The translations under genes were made by a program, and so were the position numbers. The notes beneath the pieces were generated by a model. It searched no databases and was not told the origin of the DNA. It saw only the letters and a list, made by a program, of their open reading frames with translations. This document shows, one piece after another, positions 53,111-62,181 of a DNA stretch of 63,254 bases. Every line of letters begins with the position of its first letter. Position 1 is the stretch's first letter. This DNA comes from Oscillospiraceae bacterium (GTDB taxonomy: Bacteria > Bacillota > Clostridia > Oscillospirales > Oscillospiraceae), in assembly GCA_045660685.1 (NCBI GenBank), contig JAZREI010000140.1:1-63254 (forward strand), in the 5' to 3' direction.

Positions 53111-54082
53111 TTAGTAGAATGTGGCCACTTCCGGTTCGGGCTTCTTTGCGGGGCGCACTTCCAGTGCATTCAGCACAGGCCCCTTGCCGCGGTAGCTGGG
53201 GTGGAACTTCACTTCAATCTTTGCCTTTACAGTCACCCACTGGTCCTTTGCCATCGCACGTACCTTGCTGCGGTCCCAATTGCAGACCATAGCGGAGAAG
53301 GTGATGTCATCGGCACAGCAGGTCATCACATGACGGCCAATCATAAATGCGCCGGGCATGGTGCGGCGAGTCACCGCACGACCTGTGAACATAACGGTCT
53401 TGCCGTTGTACTTGTCCAGTTCCTCCAGCATATCACGATACCAAACAGCGTAGTCCCGCTCCCCAATCATCACCACAGGGGCGTTCAAATCAAAGGGCAG
53501 GGGGTCTTCGATGTCATCATATTCAATGGTGCCGTCAGCATGTTCATAGACGATTTCGCTGCGGCGGCTTGCGGTACGCACCAGCTTATGCAGCTCCATC
53601 TTGTCCATAGCAGGGTCAAAACGGTTGAATACCGCCAGCTCGCAGCTCTGGAGCTTATCGAAGGTCAGCTGACGCATATTGGCATTGTAGTTCAGGATGG
53701 TACGTGCATCGGCGAAGAAGAACTCCTGGTATACCATCCAGCCCTCGGGCATATTGTCGTACAGGGTCTGCAGCAGCCACATGCCGTTGTACTCGCATAC
53801 CACACGGACAGCCTTGGTTTCTTCCAGCCACTTGCCCAGGTTTGCAGCGGTCAGGTCTTCCTGGTCCTCAACCACTCTGCATACCACATTGGGGGACGCA
53901 AAGCGCTCGGGGGCGTATTCTTCCTCCCCTTCTTCACACAGCAGCAACAGGGTTCTTTCCCCGTTGTTGAAGCGTACATCTTCCAGAGTTTCCTGAATGA
54001 AACGGGTCTTGCCCGCTTCCAGAAACCCTGTAAACAGATAGACAGGCACCTCCTTGGGTGCTTTTTGCAGAATCTTAGCCAA
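53111..54082 (-). CDS. G3E/CobW-like N-terminal P-loop domain fused to a DUF1980 (TIGR03943)-like C-terminal domain
   Basis: Walker A TGFLEAGKT is present but there is no CxCC motif. The C-terminal block RHVMTCCADDITF ... WVTVKAKI resembles the DUF1980 C-terminal domain. I take the TTG start at 54082 (AAGGAG 10 nt upstream), which overlaps the upstream G3E gene by 8 nt. Confidence 0.6.
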   Translation of the reverse strand: MAKILQKAPKEVPVYLFTGFLEAGKTRFIQETLEDVRFNNGERTLLLLCEEGEEEYAPERFASPNVVCRVVEDQEDLTAANLGKWLEETKAVRVVCEYNGMWLLQTLYDNMPEGWMVYQEFFFADARTILNYNANMRQLTFDKLQSCELAVFNRFDPAMDKMELHKLVRTASRRSEIVYEHADGTIEYDDIEDPLPFDLNAPVVMIGERDYAVWYRDMLEELDKYNGKTVMFTGRAVTRRTMPGAFMIGRHVMTCCADDITFSAMVCNWDRSKVRAMAKDQWVTVKAKIEVKFHPSYRGKGPVLNALEVRPAKKPEPEVATFY

Positions 54083-55283
54083 TGCGGAACAACTCCTTCA
54101 GTGCTTCTTCCTTCAGTGCGGAACCAATGACGCAAATACGACCGATAACATCGGCACCGCCGCGGCGGACATTCAGCTCACCGGGGGTGTAGTCGAAGTA
54201 TACCCAGCCTTCCCCTTCGGCAGCAGGCACATAGCCCTTTGCACGCAGTACCATGCCGTAGGTTTCGTCATCGTCAACGAATGCGTTCAACATAGCGGTG
54301 ATGTCTGCTTCGCTGTACTTCAGGAAGGTTTCCGCCCCCCAGCTGACGAACACTTCGTCTGCATGGTGGTGATGGTGATGATGGTCGTGGTCATGGCAGC
54401 CGCAGTCACAGTGTTCATCGTGGTCGTGATGATGGTGGTGTTCATGTTCATGATGATGTTCATGCTCATGATGGTCATGGTCGTGGCAGCCACAGTCGCA
54501 GTGCTCATCATGGTCATGATGATGGTGATGCTCGTGACTGTGCTCGTGGTCATGATGTTCATGATGCTCGTGGTGGTGTTCATGCTCATGATGGTCATGG
54601 TCATGGCAGCCGCAAGTGCAGTGCGCACCGTGGTCGTGGTGGTGTGCTTCATGGAGCATACCTGCCAGAGTGTCCTTCAGAGTGGACTTGATTTCGATGG
54701 CGCGGAGCAGGGTTTCGCCGCTGAGCTGTTCCCAAGGGGTGGTGATGACCACAGCTTCGGGGTTTGCTTCACGGATAATCTGCAGCGCAGTCTTCAGCTT
54801 ATCGTCCTTGATGCCTGCGGTGCGGCTAAGGATAATGCAGGCAGCATTTTCAATCTGGTTTGCGAAGAACTCACCGAAGTTCTTCATGTACATCTTTGCC
54901 TTGGAAGCATCCACAACGGTGGTAAAGCCATTGAGCATAATGCTGTCGTCTTCCGCTGCAACGCCCTGCACAGCCTTGATGACGTCGGACAGCTTGCCAA
55001 CGCCGGAGGGCTCGATGAGGATACGGTCGGGGTGGAATTCGGCAATAACCTGCTTCAGGGCTTCATTGAAATCGCCTACCAGAGAGCAGCAAATGCAGCC
55101 GGAGTTCATTTCGGTAATTTCGATGCCCGCTTCCTTCAGGAAACCGCCGTCAACGGAGATTTCACCGAATTCGTTTTCAATGAGCACCAGCTTTTCGTTT
55201 TTGTAGCCTTCTGCAATCAGCTTCTTAATGAGTGTGGTCTTGCCTGCACCCAGAAAGCCGGAAAAAATATCAATTTTGGTCAT
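54075..55283 (-). CDS. COG0523/G3E-family GTPase metallochaperone (CobW/ZigA/YeiR-like) with a 98-aa His/Cys-rich insert
   Basis: Walker A GFLGAGKTTLI, metal motif GCICCS, switch/Walker B ILIEPSGV, and a CobW_C-like C-terminal domain. The insert spans residues 211-308. Confidence 0.85.
   Translation of the reverse strand: MTKIDIFSGFLGAGKTTLIKKLIAEGYKNEKLVLIENEFGEISVDGGFLKEAGIEITEMNSGCICCSLVGDFNEALKQVIAEFHPDRILIEPSGVGKLSDVIKAVQGVAAEDDSIMLNGFTTVVDASKAKMYMKNFGEFFANQIENAACIILSRTAGIKDDKLKTALQIIREANPEAVVITTPWEQLSGETLLRAIEIKSTLKDTLAGMLHEAHHHDHGAHCTCGCHDHDHHEHEHHHEHHEHHDHEHSHEHHHHHDHDEHCDCGCHDHDHHEHEHHHEHEHHHHHDHDEHCDCGCHDHDHHHHHHHADEVFVSWGAETFLKYSEADITAMLNAFVDDDETYGMVLRAKGYVPAAEGEGWVYFDYTPGELNVRRGGADVIGRICVIGSALKEEALKELFRIG
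54360..54653 (-). repeat. In-frame tandem modules (3 x about 30 codons) encoding H-rich spacers around HC(T/D)CGCH motifs
   Basis: The encoded peptide is HEAHHHDHGAHCTCGCHDHDHHEHEHHHEHHEHHDHEHSHEHHHHHDHDEHCDCGCHDHDHHEHEHHHEHEHHHHHDHDEHCDCGCHDHDHHHHHHHA. By my count it has about 53 His and 9 Cys in 98 residues. Confidence 0.85.
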
Positions 55284-55389
55284 AAGAAAGTTCCTTTCTT
55301 AATTGGTTTCTCTAAAAGTTCAGTATATCAGTCTTACCCAATTTTTTCAAGAAATCAAAACAAGCCTCCGAAAATTTTTTATGAACATA

Positions 55390-55421
55390 ATAAAACCCGC
55401 ACTCTTTCGAGTGCGGGCTCG
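55390..55421 (-). terminator. Intrinsic terminator after the GH2 gene
   Basis: On the minus strand, GAGCCCGCACTC-GAAA-GAGTGCGGGTTTTATT. Confidence 0.75.
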
Positions 55422-55437
55422 TTATTTATGGATTCGT

Positions 55438-57696
55438 TTATTCGGGTTTCTTGATCTGGTTGAGCATTGCATTGATGCCCAGCAGTTCTTCCTTGGTGAA
55501 GTCCTTACCCAGGAAGCCGCCGATCATGCTTGCCAGACGAATGACGGTAAAGCCGCCCATCATAGCCATCATGGGGCTGTCGGGGGTCATTTCGATTTCA
55601 AAGCCTGCAGCTTCAATCTTTCCGTCTTCGCCGCCGGAAGGCATCATCTGTGCCATAAAGCCGCCGATGAGTGCCATACCCATGGGTGCAGCCATAATAT
55701 CGGACATCTTGTCATTCAGAGAGAAGTAGCCCTCGGGAGCGGTGATATCGAACCAGTTCAGCACAGCGCCCTTTTCTACCAGACGGTATGCTTCGTTGAA
55801 TACTTCCACCTTGCGCAGGAAGCTTTCGTCGGTGCAGTCCCCTGCAACAGCCTTCAGCACGGTTTCCCCTGCGTTGGGTACGTCGAAGTAGAAGAAGTGT
55901 TCGGGAGATGCCTGCTTGCCCAGAGATACGCCGTTTGCAAACAGCTCCACTTCGGGCAGGTTGGAGTAAACGGTGACCTTGGTCACATCTTCCACACGGT
56001 CCACATAGCGCTTGCCGCAGATGTGTACGAAGGGGTCATCGCTGAGCCATGCCTTGTACGCATAGAAGGAGTCCTTCTTGTAGCTGCGGTCAAAGGTCAT
56101 CAGACCCTTATGGTTCTGACCGTTTTCGCCGCCTTCCGCTCTGCTGTCCGCACCGAACTCGAACATATTCCAAACATGGGTCGCCCACAGATACTTACGG
56201 GTGAACAGCTGCTTAATCAGTTCTTCATGGTAATATGCCTGATATTCTTCGGTGTAGTCGCCCTGTACAGGCTCGGAGGTGTGCCAGTTCAGCGCTTCGC
56301 AGCCATATTCGGAGCAGCCAATGGGAATATTGGGATGGGTTGCGTGGAAGTTATCGAACCAGGGGCCGTTCATGGAGGTATCGCCGCCGTACCAGCCGAA
56401 ATAGTGGTTGTAGGAAACCACGTCGGGAATCAGCAGATAGGGGTCATCCAGTGCGCAGGGGGAAACCGCAGCAATGGTGGTCAGACGGGTCTTATCCCAT
56501 TCATGGCACAAGTCGTTAAGCTTGTTGTGGTTGTCCAGCAGTTCGGGGGTAGAGCCGCCGATGGTGATTTCATTGCTGAGACCCCAAACCACGATGGAGG
56601 GGTGGTTGTAGTTCTGAGCAACCAGTTCCTTCATCTGGCTGACAGTGTTTTCCACGCCGCCCACCATAAACTTGGAGATGAAGGGAATTTCTGCCCAAAC
56701 CACCTGACCGTATTCGTCGCACAGGTCATAGAAGTACTGGTCGTGCTGATAGTGTGCCAGACGGATGGTGGTAGCACCCACTTCGCAAATCAGCTCCATG
56801 TCTTCCTTGTGGTCTTCCTTGCTCAGTGCGTTGCCCTTGCCCCAGCGGTCCTGATGACGGGATACGCCGCGCAGGGGGTATTCTTCACCGTTGAGGATGA
56901 AGCCGTTTTCGGGATGGATTTCAAAGCTGCGGAAGCCCAGACGGGTGCAGACGTTATCCTTGATTTCTTCCCCTTCCATCAGCTCTGCTTCGCAGCAGTA
57001 CAGATAGGGGTCCCTGCGGCCGTGCCACAGGTGTACGTCCGCAACGTGGAAATTAACCTTGGTATCGGTGGATTCCATGGTCTGCAGAGCATTTTCTTCT
57101 GCGTCATACAGGGTGTAAACCAGCTTCTGACCTTCCTTCATATTCTTGACGAATACTTCCACTTCCAGCTCGCCGTCCTTGCCGTTGACAACGGGGGTGA
57201 CCTTGATGCCGGGTGCGCCGTAGTATTCCAGGTCGAAGTGAGATTCGGATACGCAGATAATGTTCACGTCACGGTAAATGCCGCCGTAAAAGGTAAAGTC
57301 TGCCATCTGGGGGTAGATTTCTTCATTGGGGCTGTTGTCCACAGCAACCACGAACAGGTTTTCCTGTGCCAGCGCGTCGGTGATGTCCACACGCCAGGTG
57401 GAGTAGCCGCCGTCGTGATGTGCCAGATGCTTGCCATTCAGATAGAAATCGGCGGAGGAGTTGGTGCCCTGGAATTCGATGAAGTAGCGTTCTGCCACGG
57501 GCAGGTCCATCTTGTCGAATGCCTTTGCATAGTATGCGGTACCGCGCCAGTAGTCGTTGCCGCCGTCCTGACCGTCGATGCCGTTCCAGCTATGGGGCAG
57601 GTTTACCCAGTTCCAGTCCATAGGCAGCTCGGTGGGAACTGCATTGCACTGCTTGGTAAATGCCCACTTGTAATTGAAATTGAAGATTGTTCTCAT
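55438..57696 (-). CDS. Glycoside hydrolase family 2 enzyme, possibly a beta-glucuronidase
   Basis: The GH2 layout has an acid/base context VVWAEIP and a nucleophile context GCSEYG. An N-x-K motif (GQNHKGLMTFDR) aligns with E. coli GUS GGNKKGIFTRDR. An extra C-terminal domain is present. Confidence 0.8.
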   Translation of the reverse strand: MRTIFNFNYKWAFTKQCNAVPTELPMDWNWVNLPHSWNGIDGQDGGNDYWRGTAYYAKAFDKMDLPVAERYFIEFQGTNSSADFYLNGKHLAHHDGGYSTWRVDITDALAQENLFVVAVDNSPNEEIYPQMADFTFYGGIYRDVNIICVSESHFDLEYYGAPGIKVTPVVNGKDGELEVEVFVKNMKEGQKLVYTLYDAEENALQTMESTDTKVNFHVADVHLWHGRRDPYLYCCEAELMEGEEIKDNVCTRLGFRSFEIHPENGFILNGEEYPLRGVSRHQDRWGKGNALSKEDHKEDMELICEVGATTIRLAHYQHDQYFYDLCDEYGQVVWAEIPFISKFMVGGVENTVSQMKELVAQNYNHPSIVVWGLSNEITIGGSTPELLDNHNKLNDLCHEWDKTRLTTIAAVSPCALDDPYLLIPDVVSYNHYFGWYGGDTSMNGPWFDNFHATHPNIPIGCSEYGCEALNWHTSEPVQGDYTEEYQAYYHEELIKQLFTRKYLWATHVWNMFEFGADSRAEGGENGQNHKGLMTFDRSYKKDSFYAYKAWLSDDPFVHICGKRYVDRVEDVTKVTVYSNLPEVELFANGVSLGKQASPEHFFYFDVPNAGETVLKAVAGDCTDESFLRKVEVFNEAYRLVEKGAVLNWFDITAPEGYFSLNDKMSDIMAAPMGMALIGGFMAQMMPSGGEDGKIEAAGFEIEMTPDSPMMAMMGGFTVIRLASMIGGFLGKDFTKEELLGINAMLNQIKKPE

Positions 57697-57796
57697 GTTG
57701 AGGTGTTCTCCTTAAATATCAAATTGCGGGAAGAGTGAAACATCCAATTTCAATATCTCTTCCCTTTTCACTCACCTAATTCAGCAAACTGAATTT

Positions 57797-59185
57797 TTAC
57801 GCTCTGCCGTGTTTCTTGTTCAGGAACTCTACGTTTGCGTCAACAGCCTTCTTATGCAGGGGGTACCAGAATACCAGCACAAGTGCCAGAGCGCCGAAGC
57901 CGATAACGGGAACGATAACGGAGATATCGAAGATGCCTTCTGTAACAACAGGATCGAATGCGGTAGCATCGGTATAGCCAATCAGAGTCAGCAGCCAGCC
58001 CATCAGACCGGAGGAAGCTGCCTGACCCAGCTTACGTGCCCAGGAGTAAATAGCATATACAGTACCGTCTTCACGACGACCGGTTTTTACTTCGGTATCA
58101 TCGATAACGTCGGTAATCAGCGCCCAGCATACCATCTGGAATACGCCCAGACCCAGCCAGCTGAGCATCTGGAAGCCTGCATAAACCCATACGCTTTCGG
58201 GACGAACGAAGAACAGCAGAATATTCATCACAGTTGCAAATGCGCAGCACACAGCAGAAACCTCTGCCTTGCCGAACTTTGCACCCAGAGGCTTCGCCAT
58301 AGCCGCAGCAGCAACCATGCCCACTGCCATCATAGCAGAGGAAGCAGACTGTGCGGTGGGGTCGCCATAGTAGTTGGGGTATACATAGTTTGCCATGCCC
58401 TGCATGGTCAGCTGGCTCAGCAGCATCAGAATCGCTGCAGCAATGATGGAAATCAGAGCGCGGTTGCCCATAGCGCTGGAAATCATTTCACCCAAACCGG
58501 GCTGTTCTTCCGCAGCGTTTTCCACCACCACACGTTCGGTTACCAGCTTATAGCACAGCAGGTAGCAGATAACTGCCAGTACAGAGAACACCCCTGCTGC
58601 AATGGTAATGCGTTCGCCTACCATAACGGAATTGCCCAGTGCATCTTCGGTATAAGCAATCAGAGGCACACCGATCATAATGATCATGCCTGCCAGCATA
58701 CCGCCCATGGTACGGAAGGTAGACAGAGACTGACGGTCGGAGGGGTCAGCGGAAATTGCGGATGCCATGGAGCCGTAGGGGATGTTGATGCCGGTGTAGC
58801 AGAAGGAGCCCCACAGCAGATAGGTAACTGCCAGATAAGCAATCTTTGCATTCATTGCCCAATCCGCAAAGCCTGCCTGATACATCAGGAAGCCTGCAAA
58901 AGCAACGGGAATGCACATTCTCTTCAGCCAGGGCTTGAACTTGCCGTTTGCAGTCACGGGGCTGCGGTCAGCAATACGACCCATGCCAATGTCGGTAAAT
59001 GCGTCCACAATACGTGCCAGCATCATAATCACGCCAACAACACCTGCGGATACGCCCATTACGTCGGTGTAGAATTTCATCAAGTAAGAGGATGCCATAA
59101 TAAAGGTGAAGTCGTTGCCGAAGTCGCCCAGCAAGTAACCTACCTTATCGCGCCAGCCAAAAGGACGGATCCCGTTTTTTTCCAT
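57797..59185 (-). CDS. Glycoside-pentoside-hexuronide (GPH):cation symporter family MFS transporter
   Basis: 462 aa with 12 TM segments. The N-terminus KVGYLLGDFGNDFTF is typical of MelB/GusB/XylP-type carriers. Confidence 0.85.
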   Translation of the reverse strand: MEKNGIRPFGWRDKVGYLLGDFGNDFTFIMASSYLMKFYTDVMGVSAGVVGVIMMLARIVDAFTDIGMGRIADRSPVTANGKFKPWLKRMCIPVAFAGFLMYQAGFADWAMNAKIAYLAVTYLLWGSFCYTGINIPYGSMASAISADPSDRQSLSTFRTMGGMLAGMIIMIGVPLIAYTEDALGNSVMVGERITIAAGVFSVLAVICYLLCYKLVTERVVVENAAEEQPGLGEMISSAMGNRALISIIAAAILMLLSQLTMQGMANYVYPNYYGDPTAQSASSAMMAVGMVAAAAMAKPLGAKFGKAEVSAVCCAFATVMNILLFFVRPESVWVYAGFQMLSWLGLGVFQMVCWALITDVIDDTEVKTGRREDGTVYAIYSWARKLGQAASSGLMGWLLTLIGYTDATAFDPVVTEGIFDISVIVPVIGFGALALVLVFWYPLHKKAVDANVEFLNKKHGRA

Positions 59186-59411
59186 AGTATTACCTTCTTT
59201 TCTGTGATTTTATGTTTCGGGCAGAGCCCAAACGATTGCTGATAACATCTTAGCAAAAATAGGCATTGCGCCGTGAGGAATTTTTTCATCTGCACCCGTA
59301 TTATTTTCATATTAGCTATTGATTTTTTCAGAAGGTCGTATGATAATGCAAATAAGAATTTTGGTTATTTTTGTCCACTTTCACAAAACAGGAGAAAAGG
59401 GGTGGCTGTTC

Positions 59412-60641
59412 ATGAAATACTCGGCGGAGCTGCAGTTTCTGCGGAAAACCTTTGCCTCCTGCAAGCTGCAAACCTTGATTCTGCCCCCCGACAAAAGCAA
59501 GGAATCTCGCATGGACTTGGGGATGCGCAGTCTGATTGGCTGGACCCGTGACTATGAGCTGACCCTCATTGCCGCAGTCAGCCAATGCCGCCCCCGTACC
59601 CTCTACCGCATGACCGACCAGTTTGGCTACTGCTATCAGTTTCTGCAGCTGCCGGGAGAAGGAAAGGACGTTTTATGGATTGGTCCCTACTTTGACCAAG
59701 AGATAACCCACGAGACTCTGCTGTTTTTTGTGGAGCGTTACGAGGTAGACCCCCGCTGGGTACCTCCCATGGAGCGATTCTTCAGCCAAATCCCCATTCT
59801 TCCCGACAACAACCCCATTCACGCCATGGTCTATCAATTCTGCACCTTAATTTGGGGAAGCGGGGATTTTGACACCATTGACCTGAATCGGGAGCTGACA
59901 GGTCATTTCGCTCCCATTGAAGCACAATCGGACATTTCACAGCCTGAGGACGTACTGCGTGAAATGAAATTGCTGGAGCATCAATACCGCTATGAAAACG
60001 AACTGCTCTTTGCCGTCAGTCAGGGGCTGATTCAAAAGGGCAGCGTCATGATTGGGCAGCTGAGCAGCTTCAACTTTGAGCAGCGCACTCCCGATGCCAT
60101 GCGAAACATGAAAAATTACTGCATCATCATGAACACCCTGCTGCGCAAGGCTGCGGAGCAAGGGGGCGTGCACCCCATTTACCTCCACCGTCTCTCCTCG
60201 GACTATGCCAAACGCATCGAGCAGGCATACAACGGTGCCGCCATCAACGCACTCATGCGGGAAATGTTCTACGGATATTGCCGTCTGGTCAACCGCCACG
60301 CCACGGAGCAATATTCCCTGCCCGTGCAGCGTGTGATTGCCTATATCGACACCGACCTGACAGCGGATTTGAGTCTGCATACCTTGGCGGAAACCCAGAA
60401 TCTGTCCTCGGGCTACCTGTCCGCCCTGTTCAAAAAGGAAACGGGGCAGACTCTCACCGCCTACGTCAACCGACGCCGCATCCGCCGAGCCATTCGCCTG
60501 CTCAACAGCACCAACCTGCAGATTCAAGCCATTGCCCGCGGCTGCGGATATACGGACGTAAACTATTTCTCCAAGGTATTCAAAAAGCAAGTGGGTCAAA
60601 GCCCTTTGGAATACCGCAAGACACTGAAAATAGACACATAA
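59412..60641 (+). CDS. AraC-family transcriptional regulator
   Basis: The C-terminal double HTH reads LSSGYLSALFKKETGQTLTAYVNRRRIRRAIRLLNSTNLQIQAIARGCGYTDVNYFSKVFKKQVGQSP. The gene is divergent from the GPH/GH2 operon. I chose ATG 59412. Confidence 0.85.
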   Translation: MKYSAELQFLRKTFASCKLQTLILPPDKSKESRMDLGMRSLIGWTRDYELTLIAAVSQCRPRTLYRMTDQFGYCYQFLQLPGEGKDVLWIGPYFDQEITHETLLFFVERYEVDPRWVPPMERFFSQIPILPDNNPIHAMVYQFCTLIWGSGDFDTIDLNRELTGHFAPIEAQSDISQPEDVLREMKLLEHQYRYENELLFAVSQGLIQKGSVMIGQLSSFNFEQRTPDAMRNMKNYCIIMNTLLRKAAEQGGVHPIYLHRLSSDYAKRIEQAYNGAAINALMREMFYGYCRLVNRHATEQYSLPVQRVIAYIDTDLTADLSLHTLAETQNLSSGYLSALFKKETGQTLTAYVNRRRIRRAIRLLNSTNLQIQAIARGCGYTDVNYFSKVFKKQVGQSPLEYRKTLKIDT

Positions 60642-60693
60642 AAAAAGACCCGATGCACAGCGCATCGGGTCTTGATTTTTTCAGAAATGTAAT

Positions 60694-61809
60694 TTAATCG
60701 CGATCAACTTCGGTTTCATCTTCTCCCCGTTCGGGAACAGTTTCCTCACCATTAACTACGGGAGTGACTTCGGGCTCCTCGGTGTTTTCGGGTTCAGCGG
60801 AAACTTCGGGTTCCTCGGTCTGTTCGGGTTCGGCAGAAGCTTCAGGTTCCTCGGTCTGTTCAGGTTCGGCAGTCTGTTCGGGTTCGGGAGTAACTTCGGG
60901 AGCAGCGCTCATGGCAGCGGCATTGCCATTGCCCACGAACAGGTCAATGTCCACATTGCCGTTGATGCCGTCCACAGCACCGGTGAAGGTGTACTGCCAC
61001 AGAGCGTGTTCATAGTAGAAGTCGGAGTAGTCCCCTTCCCCTGCAAACCAGAATACTACATCGGGCAGCTGGGTCAGGTCATACAGATAGTAGCCCATGT
61101 GACGGTTGAAGTACACGCCGGGGGTGTAGCCGCCTTCACGGATGACTTCGCAGAAATACTTTGCGCATTCGGTAACAGCCTTGCCGCTCATACCCTTGGT
61201 ACGAGAGGTTTCGGTGCCGGTTTCTTCCCAGTCAAATACAACGGGCATGGTGATCTTGTCTCTGTGTTCTTCCAGAATAGACAGCAGGTAGTAAGCTTCC
61301 GCAACTGCTTCTGCACGGCCGGTAGCCTGGGAGAAGAAGTACACGCCGATTTTCAGACCTGCATTGTGTGCCTTCACCAGATTGTAGCGGAAGATGGGGT
61401 CACGGTACAGCATACCTTCGCTGCTGCCGCGGTAGCCCAGACGAATCATAGCAAAGTCGATGCCGTCAGCAGCAACCTTTTCCCAGTCGGGGTAACCCTG
61501 ATACTCGGAAACGTCGATACCGGTCATCACTTCCACACCGTCTGCGGAGTAGGTGATACGGCCCTTTTCGTCACGACCGAAATCGCCCTTGTTCAGCTGG
61601 CTCACGGGAACGCCTTCCTGCAGCTCCAGAGTCACAGGGTCGGCAGTGCCGTATTCCACGGTTACGGTGGGCTTGGGGGTAGGCTCGGGAATATCCAGGT
61701 CACGGCCAATCATCAGCTTGAGCTTATCCATAGCGGTACAGCCGGTCATGGCAAACATCAAAACAGCCATGCCGCCGCACAGGATTCTTTTATATGTATT
61801 AGAATGCAT
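60694..61809 (-). CDS. GH25 muramidase (lysozyme) lipoprotein with acidic Pro/Glu-rich C-terminal repeats
   Basis: The GH25 core reads GIDVSEYQGYPDWEKV...IDFAMIRLGYRG...GVYFFS. The lipobox is AMTGC. The C-terminal repeats read PEPEQTAEPEQTEEPEASAEPEQTEEPEVSAEPENTEEPE. I chose ATG 61809 because the track start at 61815 is a TTG. Confidence 0.85.
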   Translation of the reverse strand: MHSNTYKRILCGGMAVLMFAMTGCTAMDKLKLMIGRDLDIPEPTPKPTVTVEYGTADPVTLELQEGVPVSQLNKGDFGRDEKGRITYSADGVEVMTGIDVSEYQGYPDWEKVAADGIDFAMIRLGYRGSSEGMLYRDPIFRYNLVKAHNAGLKIGVYFFSQATGRAEAVAEAYYLLSILEEHRDKITMPVVFDWEETGTETSRTKGMSGKAVTECAKYFCEVIREGGYTPGVYFNRHMGYYLYDLTQLPDVVFWFAGEGDYSDFYYEHALWQYTFTGAVDGINGNVDIDLFVGNGNAAAMSAAPEVTPEPEQTAEPEQTEEPEASAEPEQTEEPEVSAEPENTEEPEVTPVVNGEETVPERGEDETEVDRD

Positions 61810-62000
61810 ATGCAAAACCTCACAAACATAGAATTACGCGATATTTTACCACAAAGAACACAAAAACACAATGTTTTTTGCAAATTCCCTATGATTTGAC
61901 AAAAGCGAAGGGATAAAGTTCCCATATAATATGCAGAATATAAAAAAATTAGGCATTGACAAATGGAAAAGGATTTGTTATTATAGTCGAGCTGGAATAC

Positions 62001-62076
62001 GCTGGTATAGCTCAGTTGGTAGAGCAGCTGATTTGTAATCAGCAGGTCGGGGGTTCGAGTCCGTCTACCAGCTCCA
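62001..62076 (+). tRNA. tRNA-Thr (anticodon TGT), CCA encoded
   Basis: Hand-folded: GCTGGTA TA GCTC AGTTGGTA GAGC A GCTGA TTTGTAA TCAGC AGGTC GGGGG TTCGAGT CCGTC TACCAGC T CCA. There is one G:G mismatch at 51:63 in the T-stem. Confidence 0.85.
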
Positions 62077-62092
62077 CACTTTAACTTCATAT

Positions 62093-62177
62093 GGGAGCGT
62101 TCCCGAGTGGCCAAAGGGGACAGACTGTAAATCTGCTGGCGATGCCTTCGGTGGTTCGAATCCACCCGCTCCCACCA
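62093..62177 (+). tRNA. tRNA-Tyr (anticodon GTA), class II with long variable arm, CCA encoded
   Basis: Acceptor GGGAGCG/CGCTCCC, anticodon loop CTGTAAA, variable arm with GGC-GAT-GCC, and T arm GGTGG-TTCGAAT-CCACC. Confidence 0.85.
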
Positions 62178-62181
62178 AAAA

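Noticed and set aside
54360-54653. Tandem repeats that might have been a CRISPR array or minisatellite. The same applies to 60760-60900.
   Set aside because: Both are in-frame coding repeats: the His/Cys modules of the G3E GTPase and the Pro/Glu-rich tail of the GH25 muramidase. They have no spacer/repeat organisation, and no cas genes are in the window.
55284-55437. I looked for a Zur/Fur-type box upstream of the G3E cassette.
   Set aside because: A plausible TTGAAA-17-TATACT promoter is present. I could not find a palindrome resembling the Firmicutes Zur box (TCGTAAT-N-ATTACGA). Metal regulation therefore remains an untested assumption.
54054-55454. A 466-aa plus-strand ORF with a striking Met/Val-rich stretch (MVVMVMMVVVMAAAV...).
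   Set aside because: It is the antisense reading of the CAT/CAC (His) codon repeats of the G3E GTPase, since ATG/GTG are their complements. There is no SD, and it overlaps a well-supported gene.
57725-57775. Complementary segments GGGAAGAG/CTCTTCCC and AGTGAAA/TTTCACT between the GPH and GH2 genes, which might form alternative structures (an attenuator).
   Set aside because: The segments are short and AT-flanked, with no T-run or leader peptide. They are equally consistent with a simple intercistronic hairpin, which is too weak to report as a finding.
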